From: Brevibacterium luteolum
GTDB taxonomy: Bacteria; Actinomycetota; Actinomycetes; Actinomycetales; Brevibacteriaceae
Assembly (NCBI RefSeq): GCF_013004595.1
Contig: NZ_JABEMC010000002.1
Span: 186,001 to 250,000, forward strand
Reading direction: 5' to 3'
DNA: 64,000 nucleotides
Shown here piece after piece: positions 41,072-49,524 of the stretch. Both the position numbers and the translations under genes were made by a program. Under the pieces are notes generated by a model. The model was given only the letters and a program-made list of their open reading frames with translations, had not been told where the DNA came from and made no database searches. Numbering within the stretch: position 1 is the first letter of the stretch; each line of letters begins with the position of its first letter.

Positions 41072-41407
41072 TCAGTCGGTGCCGTCTGGTCGCCCGGCAC
41101 CCGGTTCGCGCGGCCCGGCCTGCTCGCCTCGGCGGCGGGCGTTGCGGGCGGCCTCGCGCTGTGCGCGGCGCAGCTCGCGCTGCTCGTCCTTGGCGGCCTC
41201 TTCGACGGCGATGCGCTTGTCGCGGTCGGCGTTCTCCTCACTCGGGCTGATGATCTCCCAGACGATGAGGGTGGCCACCAGCGTGACACCGGCGACGGTG
41301 CCGAGGCCCAGCGCACCCCACGGGCGGGGCAGTGTGCCGAGCCCGATCGCCCAGTGGACGCCGAGCACCGCGAGCGCGGCCAAGGCCAGGGCAACGACGT
41401 AGCGCAT
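41072..41407 (-). CDS. Small membrane protein with charged C-terminal tail
   Basis: Two TM segments. RBS-like GGAG upstream. Confidence 0.6.
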   Translation of the reverse strand: MRYVVALALAALAVLGVHWAIGLGTLPRPWGALGLGTVAGVTLVATLIVWEIISPSEENADRDKRIAVEEAAKDEQRELRRAQREAARNARRRGEQAGPREPGAGRPDGTD

Positions 41408-41563
41408 GTTTCTCCAGCTCCTTCGCCGGTGTTCCTGCGCACCGGCACGTGTCTGCAGACCCGACCACCGCCTCGGCGACGGCGCCCAGCCCTGCCTGAG
41501 GGTGAGCCGTGAAGTTCGGGGACCCGCTGTTCAACTCTGGTGTGTTGTAGGCAACAATAGAAT

Positions 41564-43513
41564 ATGAGCGATCACACCGACAGCGCCGTCTCGACGGCGC
41601 AGCAGCCGACAGACACTCCCTACGACCGCGCCTTCGCCCGGGCCGCCGAGGATCCTGAGGGCTTCTGGCTCGACGCCGCTGAGCTCATCGACTGGGTGAG
41701 GAAGCCGACCCGCGCCCTCGACAGCTCGCGCGCCCCGATCTACCGCTGGTTCCCCGACGGTGAGCTCAACGTCTGCTACAACGCCCTCGACCGGCACGTC
41801 GACAGCGGCCGCGGGTCTGATACCGCACTCATCTACGACTCCCCGGTCACCGACCAGATCAAGCACTACAGCTACGCCGATCTGCTCGATGAGACCGCCC
41901 GGTTCGCCCAGGCGCTGGCCGAGCGGGGCATCAGCAAGGGCGACACCGTCGTCATCTACATGCCGATGATCCCCGAGGCGGTCATCGCGATGCTCGCCTG
42001 CGCCCGGCTCGGCGCAATCCACTCGGTCGTGTTCGGCGGATTCTCCGCCAACGAGCTGGCCGTGCGGATGAACGACCTGCGCCCGAAGGCGATCATCTCG
42101 ACGTCCTGCGGCATCGAACGCAACCGGACGATTGAGTACAAGCCCCTTCTCGATGCCGCGATCGAGAAGGCCGAGGAGGACCCGGAGTTCACCGTCATCG
42201 TCCAGCGTCCGCAGCACGAGTGCGAGCTGACCGACGGCCGCGACCTCGACTATGCCCAGCTGCTCGCCGCGACCACCGAGCACGCCCCGTGCACGCCGGT
42301 CGCCTCCACCGATGAGCTCTACGTGCTCTACACCTCCGGCACCACCGGCAAGCCCAAGGGGATCGTGCGCGACGGCAGCTACGCGACCGCACTCGCCTGG
42401 TCGCTGCCGAACATCTTCGGTTTACATCCCGGCGACACGATGTTCACCGCCTCAGACGTCGGCTGGGTGGTCGGCCACTCCTACATCGTCTACGCTCCGC
42501 TCATCGGCGGGGTGACGACCGTGCTGTTCGAAGGCAAGCCGATCGGCACACCGGATGCCTCGACGTTCTTCCGGATCGTCGCCGAACACGACGTCGACGT
42601 CTTCTTCGCCGCCCCGACCGCCATGCGCGTCATCCGCAAGGAGGACCCCGACGGCGAGATGATGAAGCGCTACGACATGGCCTCGCTCAAGGCCTGGTAC
42701 ATGGCCGGTGAGCGGCTCGACCCGGACACCTATGAATGGACGACCGAGAAGCTCGCCGAGGCCACCGGCCGGTCGATCCCGGTCATTGACAACTGGTGGC
42801 AGACCGAGACCGGCTGGCCGATCGCCGCCAACCCGATCGGCCTGCACACCTACCCGCTCAAGGCCGGCTCACCGACGAAGCCGGTGCCCGGCTACCAGGT
42901 CGAGGTTCTCGACGCCGCCGGCAATCCGGTGCCGGCCGGCCAGGACGGGCTCGTCGTCATCCGGCTGCCGATGCCGCCGGGCACGATGGCCACCGTGTGG
43001 GATGATGACGAACGCTACGTCTCCTCCTATCTCTCGGCCTTCGACGGCTATTACCTCACCGGCGACGGCGGGCTCATCGACGACGACGGCTACGTCTACG
43101 TCATGGGCCGCACCGACGACGTCATCAACGTCGCCGGTCACCGCCTGTCGACCGGCATCATGGAGGCCGCGATCGCCGCCCACCCGGCCGTGGCCGAATG
43201 TGCGGTCATCGGCGTCTACGACGCAACGAAAGGCCAGATCCCACGGGCGTTCGTTGTGCTCAAGGACGGCCCGGAGACCGACGAGGAGAAGGTCAAGGCC
43301 GATCTCGTCTCGCTGGTCCGCTCGGACATCGGCCCGGTGGCGGCGATGAAGCGCGTCGACGTTGTCTCCGCGCTGCCGAAGACCCGTTCGGGCAAGATCC
43401 TGCGCAAGACGATGCGCGAGATCGCCGACGGCCGCGAGGACGTCGTTGTGCCCTCGACGATCGAGGATCCCGACGTGCTGGAGAACATGCGCAGCGCACT
43501 GCGGGAGGCCTGA
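41564..43513 (+). CDS. prpE: Propionyl-CoA synthetase (acetate/propionate-CoA ligase)
   Basis: YTSGTTGKPKG, SDVGWVVGHSYIVY, DNWWQTETGW and PKTRSGKILR motifs. Confidence 0.85.
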   Translation: MSDHTDSAVSTAQQPTDTPYDRAFARAAEDPEGFWLDAAELIDWVRKPTRALDSSRAPIYRWFPDGELNVCYNALDRHVDSGRGSDTALIYDSPVTDQIKHYSYADLLDETARFAQALAERGISKGDTVVIYMPMIPEAVIAMLACARLGAIHSVVFGGFSANELAVRMNDLRPKAIISTSCGIERNRTIEYKPLLDAAIEKAEEDPEFTVIVQRPQHECELTDGRDLDYAQLLAATTEHAPCTPVASTDELYVLYTSGTTGKPKGIVRDGSYATALAWSLPNIFGLHPGDTMFTASDVGWVVGHSYIVYAPLIGGVTTVLFEGKPIGTPDASTFFRIVAEHDVDVFFAAPTAMRVIRKEDPDGEMMKRYDMASLKAWYMAGERLDPDTYEWTTEKLAEATGRSIPVIDNWWQTETGWPIAANPIGLHTYPLKAGSPTKPVPGYQVEVLDAAGNPVPAGQDGLVVIRLPMPPGTMATVWDDDERYVSSYLSAFDGYYLTGDGGLIDDDGYVYVMGRTDDVINVAGHRLSTGIMEAAIAAHPAVAECAVIGVYDATKGQIPRAFVVLKDGPETDEEKVKADLVSLVRSDIGPVAAMKRVDVVSALPKTRSGKILRKTMREIADGREDVVVPSTIEDPDVLENMRSALREA

Positions 43514-43526
43514 GACGCACTGCGCT

Positions 43527-43567
43527 CACTGCGGGTCCTGAGTCGATAGCGGCCAGGGCCCGCAGTG
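43527..43567 (+). terminator. Hairpin after prpE
   Basis: CACTGCGGGTCCTG...CAGGGCCCGCAGTG. Confidence 0.5.
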
Positions 43568-44028
43568 CAGTCACCGCACGACGGCCGGAGGCGCTCGGGA
43601 CAGGGCGCGAAAGTCTACGACAAACGTGCAGAGAGGCTCTGCGAAGGTCGTAGACGATGAGGCCGCCTCGGCTTCAACGTCACTGAAGATCTCTCATAGT
43701 GCGGACGCATGGAGGTTTCTTTCATCTGCCCTGGCTGAAGCACCCAGCCCGACGGTTGAGACCTCAATGACCGCGCCGGTCCGCATGTGCATGCCGGATG
43801 CGGCAGGTGGGCATTGGAGCTGCAAGCCGGGATTCCCACGCACAGTGCAGCCGATGATCAGACTTCAGTCAGATTCGGGGCCTTGAGAGATCACAAAACG
43901 GTTGCGATTGTTAAACACGTCGCCGAGACCGGGACGGGAGACCATCCCCAGATCTCCCGTCAGCCTCACGGGCAGCTGGGCTCAGCAGACACAGCACAGA
44001 ATCAATCAACCCCTGAAAGAGCACCGTC

Positions 44029-44595
44029 ATGAAACTCTCCAAGACACTGCTGGCCACCGCTCTCGCTGTCGGCATCCTCGGCGGCGGGATTATGGGATCA
44101 CCAGCGATGGCCGCCCCGAGCTTCGACCCGGCCGCGGCTCCGGTCGAACAGCGGCAGGAGGCATTCACCACCGTGGCCGACCTCGACCAGACGCAGATCG
44201 ACAACGCCCGCACCATCATCGGTGTCGGACGCGGTGGCGCACTGCCCGACCAGGGCATCGTCATCGCCCTCATGACCGCAATGCAGGAATCCTCGATGTA
44301 CAACCTCGACTACGGCGACCGTGATTCGCTCGGTCTGTTCCAGCAGCGCCCGTCGATGGGCTGGGGTGCACCCGAGCAGGTGACCGACCCGGTCTACGCC
44401 TCGAAGTCCTTCTACGGCATCAACCCCGAGGGCTCGAACCCCGGTCTCATCCAGATCAACGGCTGGGAGAGCATGGCCCCGACCCAGGCCGCGCAGGCAG
44501 TGCAGCGCTCGGCCTACCCTGATGCCTACGCCAAGTGGGAGCCGCTGGCCCGCGAACTGCTCGCCGCCCACGGCGACGCACCGGCGATCCCCTGA
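44029..44595 (+). CDS. Secreted lysozyme-like domain protein (putative peptidoglycan hydrolase)
   Basis: Signal peptide ending AMA. ALMTAMQES...DRDSLGLFQQRPSMGWG...AAQAVQRSAYP domain. Confidence 0.7.
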   Translation: MKLSKTLLATALAVGILGGGIMGSPAMAAPSFDPAAAPVEQRQEAFTTVADLDQTQIDNARTIIGVGRGGALPDQGIVIALMTAMQESSMYNLDYGDRDSLGLFQQRPSMGWGAPEQVTDPVYASKSFYGINPEGSNPGLIQINGWESMAPTQAAQAVQRSAYPDAYAKWEPLARELLAAHGDAPAIP

Positions 44596-44662
44596 CCCTG
44601 CCGGTCGTCCGCTGACCCCACCGGTCATCCCCGCTGACCCCACTGGCCATCCCCGCTGACCC
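44587..44662 (+). repeat. Short tandem repeat, ~22-bp unit CCGCTGACCCCACYGGYCATCC, about 3 copies
   Basis: Read directly after the stop codon at 44595. Confidence 0.7.
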
Positions 44663-44778
44663 GATGACTTCCTGAGGGCAGCCCAGAACCCGCAGGAAGC
44701 CGACCCCACCCCTCCCCTCGCCCGGACGCATACCGGCACCGACCATCCCCACACACCCTGTGACGAACGGAGCAAACC

Positions 44779-45342
44779 ATGTCGATCACACCCCTGTCCT
44801 CCACCGCCCGCCGCATCGGCACCGCTGCCGCTGCCCTGACCCTCGCCGCAACCGGCATCGCTGTCGCCCCGGCGACCGCCGCCTCGGGACCGGACACCGC
44901 AGCCACCCAAGAGCAGACCGTCGAAAACGACCGGCGAGCCGAGATCATCAACCGCGCCCAGTTCTGGGTCGACCAGGGCGTGCCGTACAGCATGTCCGCC
45001 TACTACCCGGACATCGACGGCAAGAACTACCGCACCGACTGCTCAGGATTCGTCTCCATGGCCTGGGGACTTGACGACAGCCTCAGCACTGTGACGCTCG
45101 TCGACGTCGCCCATCCGATCGCCAAGGAGGACCTGCAGCCAGGTGACGTGCTCATGCGCGGCGGCCCGGGCACCGGCGGCGCTGCAGGCCATGTCGCCAT
45201 CTTCAACGGCTGGGCCAACGCTGAGCAGACCGCCTACCACGGTCTCGAACAGGCCGGCGACGCCGGAGCTGTGGCCCGGGAGATCGGCTACCCGTACAAC
45301 GGACTGGAGGGCTTCGAAGCCTACCGCCTCAACGGCCTCTGA
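44779..45342 (+). CDS. Secreted NlpC/P60-like cysteine peptidase
   Basis: Signal peptide, YRTDCSGFVSMAW, LQPGD and GHVAIF motifs. Confidence 0.8.
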   Translation: MSITPLSSTARRIGTAAAALTLAATGIAVAPATAASGPDTAATQEQTVENDRRAEIINRAQFWVDQGVPYSMSAYYPDIDGKNYRTDCSGFVSMAWGLDDSLSTVTLVDVAHPIAKEDLQPGDVLMRGGPGTGGAAGHVAIFNGWANAEQTAYHGLEQAGDAGAVAREIGYPYNGLEGFEAYRLNGL

Positions 45343-45501
45343 TTCCAGCGCCATCCCACCGGCACCGACATGGGAGCGGGTCTGCGCGCAGCTGGGCCCG
45401 CTCTCGTCGTGCCCCCTGCAGCCGGGGTCCGTGACTGTGACGAAGTTTGCACCGCACCCCCAGCCGACGCGGGTGTCGAAATCCGCCGGGCAGGGGCTAG
45501 C

Positions 45502-46089
45502 ATGTCTGCCATGGCCAGCTCCACCCGCCGACCGCAGCTCGTCGGCCCCGCCATCGGATTCAGCATCACCGCAGCGATCCTCGCCGCGGTGTTCGTCGTC
45601 GTCTGGGCAATCGGCGCGATGGGCGTGACCGGCCCGACGATCGTGCGCCAGTGGGAGCTCAGCCACGTGGACCGGCTCAACAGCAGCCAGCTCGAGCACG
45701 CCGAGACGATCATCAGCGTCGGCCGGGATGCCGACCTGCCTGATGACGCCATCGTCATTGCGCTCATGACCGCGTTGCAGGAGTCCTCACTGCGCAATCT
45801 CGACTACGGCGACCGCGACTCACTCGGCCTGTTCCAGCAGCGGCCCTCGCAGGGCTGGGGCACACCTGAGGAGGTGCGGGACCCGGTGTGGGCCGCGCAG
45901 TCCTTCTACGGCGTCAATCCCAAGGGACGCAACCCGGGGCTGGTGCACATCTCAGGCTGGGAGTCGATGACCCCGAACGAAGCCGCCCAAGCGGTCCAGC
46001 GCTCGGGCTTCCCGCACGCCTATGGCCGATGGCAGTCGCTGGCCGAGGAGATCCTCGAGTCCCACGACACCGTCACCGCGTCACCCTGA
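45502..46089 (+). CDS. Membrane-anchored paralogue of the 44029 lysozyme-like protein
   Basis: N-terminal TM. ALMTALQES...NLDYGDRDSLGLFQQRPSQGWG is nearly identical to the 44029 protein. Confidence 0.7.
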   Translation: MSAMASSTRRPQLVGPAIGFSITAAILAAVFVVVWAIGAMGVTGPTIVRQWELSHVDRLNSSQLEHAETIISVGRDADLPDDAIVIALMTALQESSLRNLDYGDRDSLGLFQQRPSQGWGTPEEVRDPVWAAQSFYGVNPKGRNPGLVHISGWESMTPNEAAQAVQRSGFPHAYGRWQSLAEEILESHDTVTASP

Positions 46090-46229
46090 GCACTGCGCGG
46101 CTGGCTCTGCAGACCCCACCCCAGTCACTTATGCGCGGAGTTGCATACAGCCTGCAGTATGCATTTATGCGCATGGGTTGATATGCTGGCAGCGTCGCAC
46201 TTTCCGCAACGTCTCCCCTGGAGGATTCA

Positions 46230-46385
46230 ATGGCAGACCACAAGATCGCTGAGCACACCGTAGAAGACCACCAGCACGGCGGCCCGGACTGCAACCACGA
46301 GAGGGTGCAGCACGGCGACCACTACGACTACATCCACGACGGACACAAGCACGCCGAACACGGCGACCACTATGACGAGCACTGA
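46230..46385 (+). CDS. 51-aa His-rich putative metal-binding peptide (not in ORF track)
   Basis: RBS GGAGG. Translation: MADHKIAEHTVEDHQHGGPDCNHERVQHGDHYDYIHDGHKHAEHGDHYDEH. GC3-rich codons and a downstream hairpin. Confidence 0.8.
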   Translation: MADHKIAEHTVEDHQHGGPDCNHERVQHGDHYDYIHDGHKHAEHGDHYDEH

Positions 46386-46422
46386 TCCCCGGCAGCCCAG
46401 CTGACAGGGCCTCGATCAGACG

Positions 46423-46455
46423 TGCGGGTTCTGCTGCGTGAGCGGCAGAACCCGC
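46423..46455 (+). terminator. Hairpin after His-rich peptide gene
   Basis: GCGGGTTCTGCTGC...GCGGCAGAACCCGC. Confidence 0.6.
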
Positions 46456-46680
46456 GGTCGATTCACAGCACGGTCGAGCGGATCACAGCACGGTCGAGTC
46501 GACCGCGACGATCCACACATGCTGAGCGTGACACATCCAGGTACGGGAGCTCCCGCTCAATGCTTTCAAGCCTCTCACAGGGAATCCAGCATCTTCTGAT
46601 AATTTGCCTATCTCCCAGTAAAACAACCGCGATGCGACCATCGTCGCCTGCGGCCCGTCGTCCAATGGTACAGTCCTCCC

Positions 46681-47067
46681 ATGCTCAACGAAGCCGACGC
46701 ATATTCCCTCCGACGCACACACGACGACCACCCCCACGTCTCCGAAACACCGTTGACCGACGTCCCCACCAATGTGCGCGATGATCTGACGATCAGCCGC
46801 ACGGCAGAACTGTTCAAGGCCCTGGCAACCCCGTCTCGGCTGCGCATCCTGCTCGTGCTCTCGCACGGTCCGACGACCGTCTCGAGCGTGGTAGAGCAGA
46901 CGGCGCTGTCCCAGCCGCTCGTGTCCCAGCACCTCAAGCTGCTGCGTGGACTGCACCTCGTCAGTGTCAACCGCGTCGGTCGCGAGGCGATCTACTCGCT
47001 CAAAGACGACCACGTCGCACACATCATCGTCGACGCCATGACCCACGCAACCGAACAGCACTTCTGA
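46681..47067 (+). CDS. ArsR/SmtB-family metalloregulator (true start may be downstream)
   Basis: LFKALATPSRLRIL and SQPLVSQHLKLLR motifs. Alpha5-type DDHV...HATE metal site. Confidence 0.88.
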   Translation: MLNEADAYSLRRTHDDHPHVSETPLTDVPTNVRDDLTISRTAELFKALATPSRLRILLVLSHGPTTVSSVVEQTALSQPLVSQHLKLLRGLHLVSVNRVGREAIYSLKDDHVAHIIVDAMTHATEQHF

Positions 47068-47291
47068 TCGCCGGTGCGCTGCTGAACACCTCCCGCCCCC
47101 TCATCATCACCTTCGATACGACGCTTAGGCCCCGCTGCGGCCAGCCTCAGCGGGGCTTATTGCTGCTCAGGCGACCTCGGACATGTCGGGGGACCAGAGT
47201 AGGACATAGCACAATACGGCATCTGTCCCTGCACCGTGGCAGACCGGCCTGTCGAGGAGTTCTGCGCGGGAAGGCGCAGCTAGCGCGCCGG

Positions 47292-48197
47292 TCACCGGCC
47301 GCGGGTGCGCAGCAGGCGCATGCCCCCGGAGACGAGCCACACCACTGCGATGACGACCGCAATGCCGGCCCACTGGCCGATCGCCAGCTGCTCTCCGGCG
47401 AGCAGCGTGCCGAGCAGGACCGCAGTGATCGGCTGAGCGAGCATGAGCGAGGCGGTCTCAGTGACCGGCAGGCGGGTGGAGAACACCGCCAGCAGGCCCC
47501 ATGCGCCGGCCTGACCGAGAACTGCCAGGCCGACCATCGCCGCCCAGCCGCCGACCCCCAGATCGAAGTCGAAGCCGCCGAGGATGAGCCCGCCGATGAA
47601 GGTGACGGCGCCGGCCGAGGTGGTGGCGACGAGCACCGGGGTGACGATGAGGCCCGGGTCGAGCACTCGGCAGCGGTAGGTGCCGTAGATGTAGACGCCG
47701 TAGAGCACACCAGAGAGCACCCCGAGAATCGCCCCGCGCAGGGGAGCGGTTGCACCGGGGTCGACGCCGAATGCGCCGCCGGTCAGCAGCATGCCCACGA
47801 GCATGACCGGCATGCACCACAGGAACAGCCGGCCGGGATGCTGACGGTGCAGCAGCCACACGAGAGCGGGGAAGACGACGACCTGAACGCTGATGAGCAC
47901 CGTGGAGACACCGACGCCGGCGTCGTAGACGCTTTGGGCCCACATGATGTAGTCCAGACCGAGGAACGCTCCGGCAGCTGCGGCGACCCCCACAGTCCGG
48001 CGACCGGGCAGACCACGGCGGGACACCTCGGCGACGGCGAAGGGGGCGAGCGCGATGATCGCCAGCGCGCAGCGCAGGAACGCCGCCGTCGAGGGGGTGG
48101 CCTGGGCGAGAATGAGCAGCAGCGCCGCCGAGCCGAGGCCGACTGCGGCGGTCAGCACTCCGAGGCGGGCGAGTGCTGGCGAGTCGGTCAGGCTCAC
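47292..48197 (-). CDS. EamA/DMT-family transporter
   Basis: Ten TM segments. Terminal QPITAVLLG.LLAGEQL motif. Confidence 0.85.
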   Translation of the reverse strand: MSLTDSPALARLGVLTAAVGLGSAALLLILAQATPSTAAFLRCALAIIALAPFAVAEVSRRGLPGRRTVGVAAAAGAFLGLDYIMWAQSVYDAGVGVSTVLISVQVVVFPALVWLLHRQHPGRLFLWCMPVMLVGMLLTGGAFGVDPGATAPLRGAILGVLSGVLYGVYIYGTYRCRVLDPGLIVTPVLVATTSAGAVTFIGGLILGGFDFDLGVGGWAAMVGLAVLGQAGAWGLLAVFSTRLPVTETASLMLAQPITAVLLGTLLAGEQLAIGQWAGIAVVIAVVWLVSGGMRLLRTRGR

Positions 48198-48221
48198 CGG
48201 CGCCTCGGTGCTGCGGGGACG

Positions 48222-49451
48222 TCAGGCTGCATGGCGCAGCCGTTCGGTGAAGGCCCTGATGCGGGTCAGGGCTGCGAAGATCTGGTCGGGGCCGGCGGCC
48301 AGCGACAGGCGCACGCACTCGTCGCCGTGGACGTTGTCGAAGTCGAGGCCGGGTGAGAGTGCGACTCGCTCCTCCTCCAGAAGTGCCGCGCACCATTCGG
48401 TGGCTGTGGAGTAGGGGCCGAGGACATCGGTGATATCGGCGTACATGTAGAAGGCGCCGTCGCAGGGTGCGAGGTCCTTCCAGCCGAGTTCGTCGACGGC
48501 GTCGAGGACGTACTGGCGGGCGGCGGCGAAGCCGGCCACGGCAGCCTCGCCCTCGGCATAGGCGGCTTCGGAGAAGGCGGCGACGCCGGCGTGCTGGGCC
48601 GGCACGGGGGCGCACAGGGTGATGTTGCCGGCTAAGCCGGCGGCGGCCTGGTGGATCTCCGGGGGCATGATCGCCCAGCCGAGACGCCAGCCGGTCATGC
48701 CCCAGTACTTCGAGAACGAGGAGATGACGATGGCGTCGGGGTCGTAGGCGATGGCGGTCTCACCGTTGGGGTTGCCGGATTCGGTGGCCTGGGTGCCGAG
48801 GAAGGTGATGCCGTGGTAGATCTCATCGGAGATCAGCTGCACACCGTTGTCACGGCACCACTGGCTCAAGGCGATGAGGCTGTCGCGGTCGAGCATCGTG
48901 CCGGTCGGGTTGGCCGGTGAGGCAACCATGAGGCCGCGCAGCGGAGCCTCGGCGTGGGCGGCTTCGAGCAGTTCGACGGTGGGCTGGAAGCGCTCCTCGA
49001 CGCCGCAGTCGAGTTCGACGACCTCGCAGCCGAGGGCGGTGAGGATGTTCTTGTAGGCGGCATAACCGGGCCGGGCGAGCGCGACGCGGTCGCCGACGTC
49101 GAAGGCGGCGAGGAAGGCGAGCAGGAACCCGCCGGAGGAGCCGGTGGTGACGAAGAACCGGTCGGCCGGCACATCGAGGTCGTACCAGCGGCGGTAGTGA
49201 CCCGACAGCGCCTCGCGCAACTCGCGGATGCCGGTGACCGGCACATAGCCCAGGTCGGTGCCGTCGCGCATGATCTCCTCCGCCCGAGCGCGCACAGCGG
49301 CCGGCGCGCCCTGGCCGGGTTCGCCGACGCACAGGGAGATGACGTCCTCGCCAGCGGCCTTGAGTTCAGCCACACGGGAGACGATGTCCATGACGGCGAA
49401 CGGGCGGACGGCCTGGGCTCGCTCAGAGATGTGGATGCTGCGCTGTGTCAT
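48222..49451 (-). CDS. PLP-dependent aminotransferase class I/II
   Basis: SPANPTG, ISDEIYHG and SFSKYWGMTGWRLGW motifs. Confidence 0.92.
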   Translation of the reverse strand: MTQRSIHISERAQAVRPFAVMDIVSRVAELKAAGEDVISLCVGEPGQGAPAAVRARAEEIMRDGTDLGYVPVTGIRELREALSGHYRRWYDLDVPADRFFVTTGSSGGFLLAFLAAFDVGDRVALARPGYAAYKNILTALGCEVVELDCGVEERFQPTVELLEAAHAEAPLRGLMVASPANPTGTMLDRDSLIALSQWCRDNGVQLISDEIYHGITFLGTQATESGNPNGETAIAYDPDAIVISSFSKYWGMTGWRLGWAIMPPEIHQAAAGLAGNITLCAPVPAQHAGVAAFSEAAYAEGEAAVAGFAAARQYVLDAVDELGWKDLAPCDGAFYMYADITDVLGPYSTATEWCAALLEEERVALSPGLDFDNVHGDECVRLSLAAGPDQIFAALTRIRAFTERLRHAA

Positions 49452-49524
49452 ACCGCCAGCTTCTCATACCATGCCCGGCCGATCCCGGCCCGACAGGCGC
49501 GAGAGACCAACGGGTCACAGCCGC

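Noticed and set aside
47068..47291. Possible small RNA between arsR and the EamA gene
   Set aside because: Only a weak terminator-like hairpin and no identifiable RNA family.
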